31,113 nt of DNA from Nitrososphaerota archaeon (GCA_022573895.1 JACZTB010000019.1:1-31113), one strand, 5' to 3'. Shown: positions 1 to 8,496, counted from the first letter of the stretch. Program-made: numbers and translations. The notes: a model not told the origin generated them from the letters alone.

Positions 1-476
1 ATGGTGGTGATTATATTCAAGTAATTGGTTCTGGTAGAGGTGGCTCACCTGCTGCATTACAAGGACGTGAACACCTAACAACAATTCCAAGTACAAAAAT
101 TGCAGCTGAAGCTGCATACAAAATGGCAGGTATCACTGCAAAAGATATAGATTTTGCAGAAGTACACGATTGCTTTACAATTGCAGAAATAATTGACACT
201 GAAGATTTGGGATTCTTTGAAAAAGGAAAAGGTGTTGTAGCTGTTCGTGAAGGTAGAACAAAATTAAATTCTGATATTTCAATTAATCCTTCAGGCGGTC
301 TTAAATCAAAAGGGCATCCAATTGGAGCTACAGGTGTTGGGCAAATAGTAGAAGTATTTGAACAACTAACTGGAAAAACTGGTGCAAGAACTGTTAAAGA
401 TGCAAAAATTGGTTTAGCTCATAACTTTGGCGCAACTGGTGCAAGTTGTGCTGTTCATATATTCCAAAGTGTGTAA
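1..476 (+). CDS. Thiolase-fold acetyl-CoA C-acetyltransferase (archaeal acetoacetyl-CoA thiolase / SCP-x type), 5'-truncated by window edge
   Basis: Frame 3 is open from nt 3 to TAA 474-476 with no start in the window. The translation (..[34 protein letters not shown]..) looks like the C-terminal half of a thiolase, including the GHPxGATG His region. A DUF35 gene follows 1 nt later, as in the archaeal thiolase/HMGCS/DUF35 module. Confidence 0.85.
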   Translation, partial: GGDYIQVIGSGRGGSPAALQGREHLTTIPSTKIAAEAAYKMAGITAKDIDFAEVHDCFTIAEIIDTEDLGFFEKGKGVVAVREGRTKLNSDISINPSGGLKSKGHPIGATGVGQIVEVFEQLTGKTGARTVKDAKIGLAHNFGATGASCAVHIFQSV

Positions 477-477
477 A

Positions 478-843
478 ATGTCTGTTGAAAAGCAGCTTAT
501 TGAAATTGCTAAACAAGGCAAACTCCTAACCCACAAATGTACTGAATGTAGTTATCTTCATTTATCTACAGCCTATTTTTGCCTAAAATGTGGCAGCAAG
601 GGATTTGAGGATGTCATTTTAGAAGGTAAAGGCTCAATTGCTACTTTTACTATAATTACTATCGCTCCTGCGGGCTTTGAAAAATATACACCATATGCCT
701 TTGTTGTACTTCAACTGGATAACACACATTTGAGAATTTCTGGATTTATGGGAGGAATTGCAACTCCTGCAGATCTGCCAGTTGGAACAAGAGCTAAAAT
801 AACAGGTTTTGATGATCGTGGAATCGTCATCGAAAAGCAGTAA
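478..843 (+). CDS. DUF35 family Zn-ribbon/OB-fold protein (thiolase/HMG-CoA synthase scaffold subunit)
   Basis: ATG 478 lies 1 nt after the thiolase stop. The track ORF begins at 427 inside the thiolase, and I trimmed it. There is an N-terminal CxxC..CxxC ribbon (CTECSY...CLKCGS). It is followed by an OB-like segment (GSIATFTIITIAP..YAFVVLQLDN..ISGFM) typical of DUF35. Confidence 0.8.
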   Translation: MSVEKQLIEIAKQGKLLTHKCTECSYLHLSTAYFCLKCGSKGFEDVILEGKGSIATFTIITIAPAGFEKYTPYAFVVLQLDNTHLRISGFMGGIATPADLPVGTRAKITGFDDRGIVIEKQ

Positions 844-913
844 AATAATTTGCTTGAATCATTAAAAAAAATCAAAATCGATTCTTAATAATTTTACATA
901 GATGATTATTTAC

Positions 914-1075
914 ATGTCAGTAGAAGTTACATGTGGCAAATGTGGAGAAAAGATCACAAACATGAAGATGCTAAAATCACTGAAAGATGTGATGAATCCT
1001 TATAATGGTAAGTGTCCATCATGTGGGCAGAAACTTTCTACATCAGAATTTTCACTTGATGTTCAAGAAAACTGA
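914..1075 (+). CDS. Small zinc-ribbon protein (53 aa), hypothetical
   Basis: This ORF is not in the track because it is under 60 aa. It reads MSVEVTCGKCGEKITNMKMLKSLKDVMNPYNGKCPSCGQKLSTSEFSLDVQEN and ends at TGA 1073-1075. It has two CxxC pairs. An in-frame ATG at 902 is an alternative start. Confidence 0.45.
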   Translation: MSVEVTCGKCGEKITNMKMLKSLKDVMNPYNGKCPSCGQKLSTSEFSLDVQEN

Positions 1076-1229
1076 TTCAAACAAATCCCTAAAAAGATCA
1101 TTTTTATATTTTTAAAAAAATCAGATCTCTGATATTGAAAATCTTTGGTTGTCAGCAATAAATTTGATCTATAACTCTCTGAAATAACATAGTCACAAGT
1201 CTTATTTACCTCTTAAATTAGAAAAATGC

Positions 1230-3323
1230 ATGGAATTGAGTGAAGAGATACCAGAGCTAAAAAGAAGTGGAATCTTACAATCTACATCAAAACGTGTTAG
1301 AATGATCTTCTCTGTTATGGCAAGTCCGAACAGAATTGATATTCTTAGAATTCTAAATTCCAAGGGCCCTTTGACTTATTCCGAATTGAAATCACTTGCT
1401 GGATTTAAGTCAAAAAAAGAAAGTGGTAAATTTGCATACCACTTGAGAAAATTACTAAGACAATCTCTTGTTGCACTTAATAAATCTGAAAGACGTTACA
1501 CCATTACAAATCTTGGAAAACTAGTTTTGAGCTTGGCAAGACAAATTGAAGAAAGATCAATTATTGAAAGTGGAAAAATGTATGTTAGAACATCACACGC
1601 ATCCATTGAAGAATTTAATTCTCATAAAATTATTCAATCATTAGTTCGTGAAGGAAGTCTTCCATTAGAATTAGCACAAAAAATTACTGAAGAAGTTGAA
1701 AATAGAATTTACAAATATCAGACTACCTATCTAACTGGCTCATTAATCAGAGAACTGGTAAATTCTGTTCTATTAGAACACGGTCATGAGGAATATCGAA
1801 ATAAACTCGCACGCCTAGGCCTACCTGTTTATGACGTTCAAGAAATGATTTCCAACTTAGATAATGTGAATAACGGTGCTGAAGGTCTTTTGTTTAACGC
1901 TGGACAGACAATATTTTCTGAACACCTACTTACTAACATCTTGCCAAAAGATGTTGCAGATTCTCATCTTTCTGGAGACTTGCACATTACCAACCCTGGA
2001 ACTTGGTCAATGATTCCTGATACAATATTTGTTAATGTTAAAGAATTGATTGAAGATGGGATAAATCTTGGTGGAAAATATCTCGATGTATCACGAATTC
2101 CTGCATCAAAAAAACTTGATGAGATTACAAGTTCATTGTCTATTATAATTTCTCTTCTTTCTAAAGAAGCTTCACAAGAAATTGTACTTGATGGATTAGT
2201 TCAGTTGTTTTCAAAACATTCAAAATCTCTTCCAGAACTTGAACAAAAACTAACTGCTGCATTTGCAACTGCCTCTACAACTTCCAAATATAACAAAACA
2301 AGTACTAATGTCTCAATTCGGTTACAATTAGGTTCTGAAACAAAAATAATTAATTCAATTATTAATGCATACAAAAATTATACAAAGATAACACCAATTC
2401 CAAAAATTGGTTTGATAATAGATCATGACAAAGGAAAGATAACTGATGTTTCAGAATCAATATCTGAAATAATTTCACTTGGTGGAAAAGTAATGTTTGC
2501 TCAAGGTCAAACATCGAGTAATGGTGTAACAAATGGATCTACAAAGAGTACTAGCATACTTTCAATAATACTACAATCTGTTTCCATAAACCTACCAAGA
2601 CTTGCTTTTGAATCAAATAAAGATGAAACCTACTTTAGAGCAAGACTTGCATTACTAATGAAACCTGCACTATCTTCAATGGCCCTAAGAAAAAAAGATA
2701 TTTCAGATCTTACTAGAAGAGGACTCAATCCAATTCTTGCAAAGAACACCCAATACATGCAAAGAAGTTCTGTTACCCTTGTTGTAAACTTGGTAGGACT
2801 TAAAGAAGCAGTCTTTAACATACTTGGATTCAAAGATAACAAAGAAGGACGTGGAATTCTTTACAAAGTCATTGAAACTGCAGTTGACGTTGCAGCCAAA
2901 AAAGGTACAGAATTAGGCGTTCCTGTGGCTATATGTATGACTGAAACTAAAGGGTCACATCGCTTTGCTACTCTAGATGGTGAAAAATATGGCAAGAATT
3001 CTGCTCTCAATTCAATGGAGGGTGATTCTTATTCTGATGGAGTGGTGATTAACGCCTCTGAAATTCTTGATTATACCAATAAAAGTGAGCCTATTTCTGA
3101 ATGTAACAAATTCTCAAAATTGCTTAATGGTGGATTACTTATAACATTGCAAATTGATAAAAATGCAAAGGTTGATGAAATCAAAAAATCAATTGAGAAA
3201 GCATCTACACTTACACCTTCTTTCAAACTTGTTAAAAGAACTGCAATATGTGGTGAGTGTGGTTTCAAAGATGAACCATTTGAAGACAAGTGCCCAAAGT
3301 GTAAGTCACCATATGTTGTCTGA
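1230..3323 (+). CDS. Winged-helix (ArsR-like) + ATP-cone + NrdD-like (class III RNR-like) fusion protein lacking glycyl-radical tail; putative RNR/dNTP-responsive regulator
   Basis: The ORF is 697 aa. The N-terminus is wHTH (NRIDILRILNSKGPLTYSELK...RRYTITNLG). An ATP-cone follows (MYVRTSHASIEEFNSHKIIQSLV...LVNSVLLEHGHEEY). The long body contains VADSHLSGDLHITNPG, which resembles the HxxGxIHIHD segment of NrdD. The C-terminal ribbon is CGECG-x10-CPKCK and sits only 5 aa before the stop, so there is no RVxGY glycyl-radical motif. Confidence 0.75.
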   Translation: MELSEEIPELKRSGILQSTSKRVRMIFSVMASPNRIDILRILNSKGPLTYSELKSLAGFKSKKESGKFAYHLRKLLRQSLVALNKSERRYTITNLGKLVLSLARQIEERSIIESGKMYVRTSHASIEEFNSHKIIQSLVREGSLPLELAQKITEEVENRIYKYQTTYLTGSLIRELVNSVLLEHGHEEYRNKLARLGLPVYDVQEMISNLDNVNNGAEGLLFNAGQTIFSEHLLTNILPKDVADSHLSGDLHITNPGTWSMIPDTIFVNVKELIEDGINLGGKYLDVSRIPASKKLDEITSSLSIIISLLSKEASQEIVLDGLVQLFSKHSKSLPELEQKLTAAFATASTTSKYNKTSTNVSIRLQLGSETKIINSIINAYKNYTKITPIPKIGLIIDHDKGKITDVSESISEIISLGGKVMFAQGQTSSNGVTNGSTKSTSILSIILQSVSINLPRLAFESNKDETYFRARLALLMKPALSSMALRKKDISDLTRRGLNPILAKNTQYMQRSSVTLVVNLVGLKEAVFNILGFKDNKEGRGILYKVIETAVDVAAKKGTELGVPVAICMTETKGSHRFATLDGEKYGKNSALNSMEGDSYSDGVVINASEILDYTNKSEPISECNKFSKLLNGGLLITLQIDKNAKVDEIKKSIEKASTLTPSFKLVKRTAICGECGFKDEPFEDKCPKCKSPYVV

Positions 3324-3347
3324 AATTCGTAAATGAAAAACTAGTTA

Positions 3348-3398
3348 CGATCATTTTGTAAAACTTTTTGTTCAGTTTTAGGTGTAGCGATCATTGTA
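3348..3398. promoter_or_regulatory. Two copies of CGATCATT(TT)GTA, 40 bp apart, in the nrdJ upstream region
   Basis: CGATCATTTTGTA occurs at 3348-3360 and CGATCATTGTA at 3388-3398. A related GATCATTTTT occurs at 1096-1105, upstream of the wHTH-ATP-cone gene. CG-containing motifs are uncommon in this AT-rich intergenic DNA. Confidence 0.3.
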
Positions 3399-3418
3399 GT
3401 CTACTGTTAAAATTATGC

Positions 3419-3437
3419 TAATATGAACATCATATTA
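3419..3437. promoter_or_regulatory. Perfect 8-bp-arm palindrome TAATATGA-ACA-TCATATTA upstream of nrdJ (candidate operator)
   Basis: Read directly from the sequence; the arms are exact reverse complements. The site lies about 90 bp upstream of the nrdJ start, and about 50 bp upstream of a TTTATA TATA-like element at 3487-3492. Confidence 0.35.
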
Positions 3438-3528
3438 GTGGTGTCAATATTATTGAACCGGGCTTTAAGAAAAAATTGCAGAATCATTTATACCAGAACT
3501 AATCTTATCCTTTATGGGGAGATTATAA

Positions 3529-6180
3529 TTGGATAATTCACAAATAGAAAATACTATCAATCAGATCCGTAAGCGCAGTGGCACAGTAACTGTCTTTAAT
3601 AAAGATAAAATCTCAAATGCAATATTCAAGGCATTGGCAGCCACCTCTAGAGCCGATCGTGGTCTAGCTGAACAACTCACAGATAGTGTAGTTGACAAAC
3701 TAGTAGAACAAGGATTTACAAGTTCTAGAGCGCCTACTGTTGAAGATATTCAAGATATTGTAGAGTCAACTTTGATCGATAGCGGTAATAGTGATATAGC
3801 AAAAGCATACATAGTTTACAGACACGAGAGAAGAAAATTAAGAGATGAAAAAAAGAAAATCTTAAATCTAAAGTCTCTTGATCCAGTTTCCAAAAAATTT
3901 GATTTGAATTGTTTGAGAGTCCTAGCATCAAGATATCTTTTTAGAAATGGAAAAAATGAGATTATTGAATCTCCAACTCAAATGTTTGAAAGAGTTGCAA
4001 TTCTAGTAGGAATTGGTGATATTCTATATGATTCACAAATATTTGACAAAGCAGGAAATACAAACCAGAATATAGATGAAGCAGAATCTTATCTTGAGAA
4101 ACTAGATGCCTTTGACTATAAGTTCAAAGTAGGAGATTATTATCTAAATAAATGGCATTTTAGATCCTTAATCAATCATTATGTAACACTTGCAACCAAA
4201 GGTCAGATGAAGGTTAGCTTCAAAGAACTTTTGACATTACTAGCAGCAAAGAAACTTGATAGTTATGCAGATAGAATAACCGAAAACTTTGAGATGATGA
4301 CCTCACAAGACTTTCTACCAAATTCACCAACAATGATGAATGCCGGTGGAAGATTGGGACAACTTTCAGCATGCTTTGTACTTGGAATGGGGGATAGTAT
4401 GGAACAAATCATGAAATCAACCTCTGATGCAGCATTAATCTTCAAGTCAGGCGGTGGAGTTGGAATCAACTACTCTGATCTTCGTGAGGAAGGTGATATT
4501 GTAGCATCAACATCTGGTGTTGCATCAGGTCCAGTATCTTTCATGAATATCATCAATACTGTAACTGAAGTTGTAAAACAAGGAGGAAAAAGACGTGGTG
4601 CAAACATGGGAATTATTGAAACATGGCATCCTGATGTTGAAAAGTTCATCACAAATAAAACAGAACCAGGTATTTTGGAAAACTTTAACGTAAGTGTTGG
4701 CATCTGGGAAGACTTTTGGCACGCACTTGTTAACACTAAAGATGGTAACTATGTCTTACGTAGCCCACATGACAAAAAACCCGTTAAAGAAATCAACGCA
4801 CATCAGCTAATTGATCTGATTGCATTATCTGCATGGAAAAGCGGAGAACCTGGATTGATCTTCTTTGATCAAATTAACAAACATAATGTATTTGCCAAAG
4901 CCAGACAAGCACCACTAAGAGCAACAAATCCATGTGGTGAACAAAGTCTCTATCCATACGAATCATGTAATCTAGGTTCTATCAACTTGGTAAATCTTGT
5001 AAAGAGACAAGCAGATGGAACTTATGAATTTGATTGGCAAAGATATGAAGAAATAATCAGAAAGACAACAAGATTCCTGGATAATATCATTGATGTAAAC
5101 AATTATCCAGTTGAAGAAATCACTGTAGCATCAAAAGAGTCTAGAAGAATTGGACTGGGAGTGATGGGAGTTGCTGATCTCTTATACAAACTAAGAATTC
5201 CATACAACTCCAAAGAAGGATATGAACTACAGGCCAAACTATCTGAGGCTTTAACATACTATTCAATGGAAGAAAGTGTTGCTCTTGCTAAATCTCGTGG
5301 TGAGTTTCCACTTTGTTCCAAGTCAGAATATCCCGAAGGAAAAATTCCAGTTGCAGGATACTATGAAAAACCAAAAGAATCTCATTCCTATGAATGGGAT
5401 GCACTAATTGAGAAGATCAAAAAGTATGGTATTAGAAATGTCTTGGCTACCACAGTTGCCCCAACTGGTACACTATCTATGATTGCAGATTGTTCAAACG
5501 GAATGGAACCTGCATTTGCTCTTGTGTTTGAAAAGCGAGTCACTGTTGGAAGATTCTTCTATACAAACAAGATTGTAGAAGAAGTCTTAAAAGAACATGG
5601 TCTTTACAGCGATGAACTTCTTGCAAAGATTGCAGACAACTATGGTTCACTGAAAGGATTAGATGAAATTCCACAATGGATGCAAGATACATTCGTTACA
5701 GCAATGGATATCCATTGGGCTGATCATCTTATGGCTCAAGGAGTATGGCAAGACTGGATTGGAAATGCAATTGCAAAAACAATCAACATGCCATATGATG
5801 TGACAGCAGAAGATGTCAAATCTGCATATCTGTTAGCACATGAACTAGGACTAAAAGGAATTACTATTTATCGCGATGGCTCTAGACACAAGCAGGTACT
5901 TCACATGACAAGTGAAAATGCACAAAAGATATTTGAGGTTACACCAACTGAGTATGTTACTCGTTATGTTGCAGCAAATATCACAAATCCATACATCAAA
6001 TCTCAAGTTAATACTGCACTTGCGTTAAAAGTTCATGACGAAGAAATTAAGATTGAACCTCAAAAACAAGAAGAGGTTTCAGAAGATCGTTTATGTCCAA
6101 CATGCAAAAACAATCTTGTCTTTGTAGAAGGTTGCAGTATTTGCATTGAATGTGGATACAGCGGTTGCACTTCTGGATAA
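3529..6180 (+). CDS. nrdJ: Ribonucleotide reductase, class II (adenosylcobalamin-dependent), with N-terminal ATP-cone
   Basis: The ORF is 883 aa with a TTG start. No ATG is available upstream of the ATP-cone (VTVFNKDKISNAIFKAL...AKAYIVYRHER). The RNR active-site signature TNPCGEQSLYPYESCNLGSINL is present. The C-terminus is a Cys-rich ribbon (CPTCKNN..CSICIECGYSGC). A GGGGAG lies about 8 nt upstream of the TTG. Confidence 0.93.
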   Translation: MDNSQIENTINQIRKRSGTVTVFNKDKISNAIFKALAATSRADRGLAEQLTDSVVDKLVEQGFTSSRAPTVEDIQDIVESTLIDSGNSDIAKAYIVYRHERRKLRDEKKKILNLKSLDPVSKKFDLNCLRVLASRYLFRNGKNEIIESPTQMFERVAILVGIGDILYDSQIFDKAGNTNQNIDEAESYLEKLDAFDYKFKVGDYYLNKWHFRSLINHYVTLATKGQMKVSFKELLTLLAAKKLDSYADRITENFEMMTSQDFLPNSPTMMNAGGRLGQLSACFVLGMGDSMEQIMKSTSDAALIFKSGGGVGINYSDLREEGDIVASTSGVASGPVSFMNIINTVTEVVKQGGKRRGANMGIIETWHPDVEKFITNKTEPGILENFNVSVGIWEDFWHALVNTKDGNYVLRSPHDKKPVKEINAHQLIDLIALSAWKSGEPGLIFFDQINKHNVFAKARQAPLRATNPCGEQSLYPYESCNLGSINLVNLVKRQADGTYEFDWQRYEEIIRKTTRFLDNIIDVNNYPVEEITVASKESRRIGLGVMGVADLLYKLRIPYNSKEGYELQAKLSEALTYYSMEESVALAKSRGEFPLCSKSEYPEGKIPVAGYYEKPKESHSYEWDALIEKIKKYGIRNVLATTVAPTGTLSMIADCSNGMEPAFALVFEKRVTVGRFFYTNKIVEEVLKEHGLYSDELLAKIADNYGSLKGLDEIPQWMQDTFVTAMDIHWADHLMAQGVWQDWIGNAIAKTINMPYDVTAEDVKSAYLLAHELGLKGITIYRDGSRHKQVLHMTSENAQKIFEVTPTEYVTRYVAANITNPYIKSQVNTALALKVHDEEIKIEPQKQEEVSEDRLCPTCKNNLVFVEGCSICIECGYSGCTSG

Positions 6181-6226
6181 ATAACAGAATCACAACTTTT
6201 TTACTTTCTTTTCTTTACCAATCTAT

Positions 6227-7345
6227 ATGAACAAGAAGATTTTAGGCGTAGTTGCAGGCATAGCAATAATTATTGCAATAGCAGCTACAGTTTTGACCTT
6301 ACCAAGTTCAGAAATTATTACTATTCTAGAACCTAATGAAAAAATTGGTCTTGTAATTAATTCTCCAAATCAATCTATAACCCTACAAGAATTAGATCAA
6401 ATTTACTCTGAAGCATCAAACACTGGAATTGGAAGAAGCAATGTCTATCTTTTTTGGAATCTAGTTGAACCTGTACGAGGAGAATATGATTGGCAACAAT
6501 CCGACATACTGATGAATCTCAATAAAAAAAATAATCTCAAAGTCACACTTTACTTTTCTATAATTAACGGAGAAACACTTGGACCTTTTCCAAGTTGGAT
6601 TGGAAAGCCGCCTCTTAATTCCTTAGGAGAAGATAGAGTTGTTAGTGTCCTTGATGCAATATTATCTAGGTATGACATTATAGATACTCTAATTCTTTCA
6701 GGTGATACGGAATCTCAATTTAGATATCATGAGCAAAACATTCCTGTCTACAAAGATCTATTCAACATAGTCTATGATAAAATAAAAGAGAAACATCCAG
6801 ATGTAAAAATAGGAAATGCATTTGCATTACATAATGTTTTGAATAAAAATTTGCAACATATCGTATCTGATTTAGCTATCGGTGATTTTGTTGCCTTTTC
6901 TTATTCCCCAGTAGATATTCTCAATGAAATTGTTAAAACTCCACAACAAGCAAAAAAAGATCTACAACAAGTATTTGATCTGGCAGGTGATAAAAAAGTT
7001 GGAATCTTTGAGATTAGTTGGAGCACCTCAGATTTTGTTGAGGGAAGCGATTCTACACAAACAGAATTTTTAGAAAAATCCTTTGAATTTTACACTGAAA
7101 ATGAATCTGAATTAGAATTTTTTACTTGGTATAGACAGTATGATAGGCCTGAAGGAACATGTATAATTGATGAACTAGAAATTGGTGAAGATACTCTAAC
7201 TGTTGGGGGCTCTGGTTTTGGAAGTAGTGAGTATGTAATTGAAAGACTAAGCAAGTACATCTGTAATGCTGGTTTGATAAATAATAATGGGACTCCAAAA
7301 TCAAGTTGGAATGAATTTAAAAAACAAATTGAAATGATCAACTAA
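6227..7345 (+). CDS. Membrane-anchored/secreted protein, glycoside-hydrolase-like (clan GH-A TIM-barrel-like), function uncertain
   Basis: There is an N-terminal hydrophobic anchor (ILGVVAGIAIIIAIAATVLTL). The segment YLFWNLVEPVRGEYDWQQSDILMNL resembles the W-x-x-EP-x-x-G-x-YDW motif of GH-A enzymes. A possible nucleophile context is VGIFEISWS. Confidence 0.4.
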   Translation: MNKKILGVVAGIAIIIAIAATVLTLPSSEIITILEPNEKIGLVINSPNQSITLQELDQIYSEASNTGIGRSNVYLFWNLVEPVRGEYDWQQSDILMNLNKKNNLKVTLYFSIINGETLGPFPSWIGKPPLNSLGEDRVVSVLDAILSRYDIIDTLILSGDTESQFRYHEQNIPVYKDLFNIVYDKIKEKHPDVKIGNAFALHNVLNKNLQHIVSDLAIGDFVAFSYSPVDILNEIVKTPQQAKKDLQQVFDLAGDKKVGIFEISWSTSDFVEGSDSTQTEFLEKSFEFYTENESELEFFTWYRQYDRPEGTCIIDELEIGEDTLTVGGSGFGSSEYVIERLSKYICNAGLINNNGTPKSSWNEFKKQIEMIN

Positions 7346-7346
7346 A

Positions 7347-8015
7347 ATGATTTCCTTAATTTTATCTGAATCAGCATTAGAACTTGTTCCATCTGAATTA
7401 AAACATCATTCATCAGTTATCTCTCATGCAAGAAAACTTGGAAAACATACATCAGAAATCTTACTAGATAATTCTTGGCATTTTGCAGCTATGAAAGGAA
7501 TCAACAATGAAATGAAAAGAGGACGACCAGATCTAGTACACTTTTCGATACTTGAAGCTACTACAATTCCATTATATCTTCAAAATAAAATGAAACTTTT
7601 TGTTCATACAATAGATGACAAAGTGATATACTTTGGTCAAAATGTTCATGTACCTAAATCATATCACAGATTTGAAGGTTTAATTGAAAAATTGTATCAA
7701 GAAAAAAGTATCACAGTAAATAATGACGTATTACTTGAAATTAAGGAAAAAACATTTTCAGAGTTGATAGATGAAATTAATCCCTCAAAAGTAATTGGAT
7801 TTTCAACTAAAGGTATACTAAATTCATATGAAAAAATTGCAGCAGAGATTTCAAATGATACGTGTATTGTGATTGGAGGATTTCAAAAAGGAAATTTTTC
7901 TGATTCAATTGAAAATAAAATAAGTACTTTGTATTCCATTGGTAATGAATCGTTTGAAGGTCATGTTGTAGTTGCTAGGATGCTTTATGAGTATGAAAAA
8001 ACCATTTTTATGTAG
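7347..8015 (+). CDS. nep1: Ribosomal RNA small subunit pseudouridine methyltransferase Nep1/Emg1 (SPOUT)
   Basis: MISLILSESALELVPSEL...EMKRGRPDLVHFSIL...VHTIDDKVI..PKSYHRFEGL is colinear with archaeal Nep1, including the RGRPDxxH motif. It starts 2 nt after the previous stop. Confidence 0.9.
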   Translation: MISLILSESALELVPSELKHHSSVISHARKLGKHTSEILLDNSWHFAAMKGINNEMKRGRPDLVHFSILEATTIPLYLQNKMKLFVHTIDDKVIYFGQNVHVPKSYHRFEGLIEKLYQEKSITVNNDVLLEIKEKTFSELIDEINPSKVIGFSTKGILNSYEKIAAEISNDTCIVIGGFQKGNFSDSIENKISTLYSIGNESFEGHVVVARMLYEYEKTIFM

Positions 8016-8037
8016 GAACTAAAATTTTCATTCTGTT

Positions 8038-8111
8038 GCAGTCATAGTATAGCCTGGTTAGTATTCGGGGTTTCCAACCCTGTGACGCGGGTTCGAATCC
8101 CGCTGACTGCA
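8038..8111 (+). tRNA. tRNA-Gly (anticodon UCC)
   Basis: I folded the cloverleaf by hand. The acceptor is GCAGTCA/TGACTGC. The D-arm is GTAT-AGCCTGGTTA-GTAT. The anticodon stem is CGGGG/CCCTG with loop TTTCCAA (anticodon TCC at 8073-8075). The variable loop is 4 nt. The T-arm is GCGGG-TTCGAAT-CCCGC. The discriminator is A, and CCA is not encoded. Confidence 0.93.
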
Positions 8112-8162
8112 TTTTTACATTATAATGAGAAGCAATTTTTAGGTGTACTTTTAGCAATTATT

Positions 8163-8465
8163 GTGAAACCTGCAGTAAGAAAAATTGCCATGGAGAGAAT
8201 GCAAATTCTCATTGAAAATGCAATTAGTAATGCAAAGACAAATCCAGAACTTTCTCAGCGTCAAGCTTTACTTGCTCGTCGAATTAGCAGTAGACATAAA
8301 ATTCGAATGCCTTATGATCTTAGGATGGTTTTTTGCAAAAAATGTAAGTGTTTTATTGCGCCTGGAATTAATTCTAGAGTTCGTATAGGAAGAGCATCTG
8401 TCAAGTCGATCAGAATTTCTTGTTATTTTTGCGGGCATACTTACCGTAAAATAATATCTCAATGA
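8163..8465 (+). CDS. rnp4: RNase P protein component 4 (Rpp21/Rpr2 family)
   Basis: ..RKIAMERMQILIENAI...FCKKCKCFIAPGINSRVRI...ISCYFCGHTYR matches the Rpp21 pattern (IAxERIxIL helix plus CxxC..CxxC Zn ribbon). The track ORF starts at 8082 inside the tRNA, so I trimmed it to GTG 8163. ATG 8190 is the alternative, but it would clip the conserved IA residues. Confidence 0.8.
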   Translation: MKPAVRKIAMERMQILIENAISNAKTNPELSQRQALLARRISSRHKIRMPYDLRMVFCKKCKCFIAPGINSRVRIGRASVKSIRISCYFCGHTYRKIISQ

Positions 8466-8496
8466 TTTATAAGACGATTCTCAATTTTTTCATTTT

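Noticed and set aside
427-477. The upstream extension of the DUF35 ORF ([17 protein letters not shown]).
   Set aside because: It lies entirely inside the thiolase coding frame. ATG 478 sits 1 nt after the thiolase stop and gives a normal DUF35 N-terminus.
1230-3323. Annotation as a functional anaerobic (class III) ribonucleotide reductase NrdD.
   Set aside because: The protein ends 5 residues after the Zn ribbon, so the glycyl-radical motif is missing. It carries an N-terminal wHTH, and there is no NrdG nearby. It is better treated as an NrdD-like regulatory or degenerate protein.
3324-3528. A cobalamin riboswitch upstream of the B12-dependent nrdJ.
   Set aside because: I could not find a B12-box-like conserved core or the multi-stem architecture. 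The region is short and AT-rich, and riboswitches of this class are not established in this archaeal lineage.
8082-8162. The N-terminal 27 codons of the track ORF 8082-8465 (MTRVRIPLTAFLH...).
   Set aside because: This stretch overlaps the 3' half of tRNA-Gly (8038-8111) on the same strand and has no similarity to Rpp21. The conserved Rpp21 sequence starts around 8163-8190.
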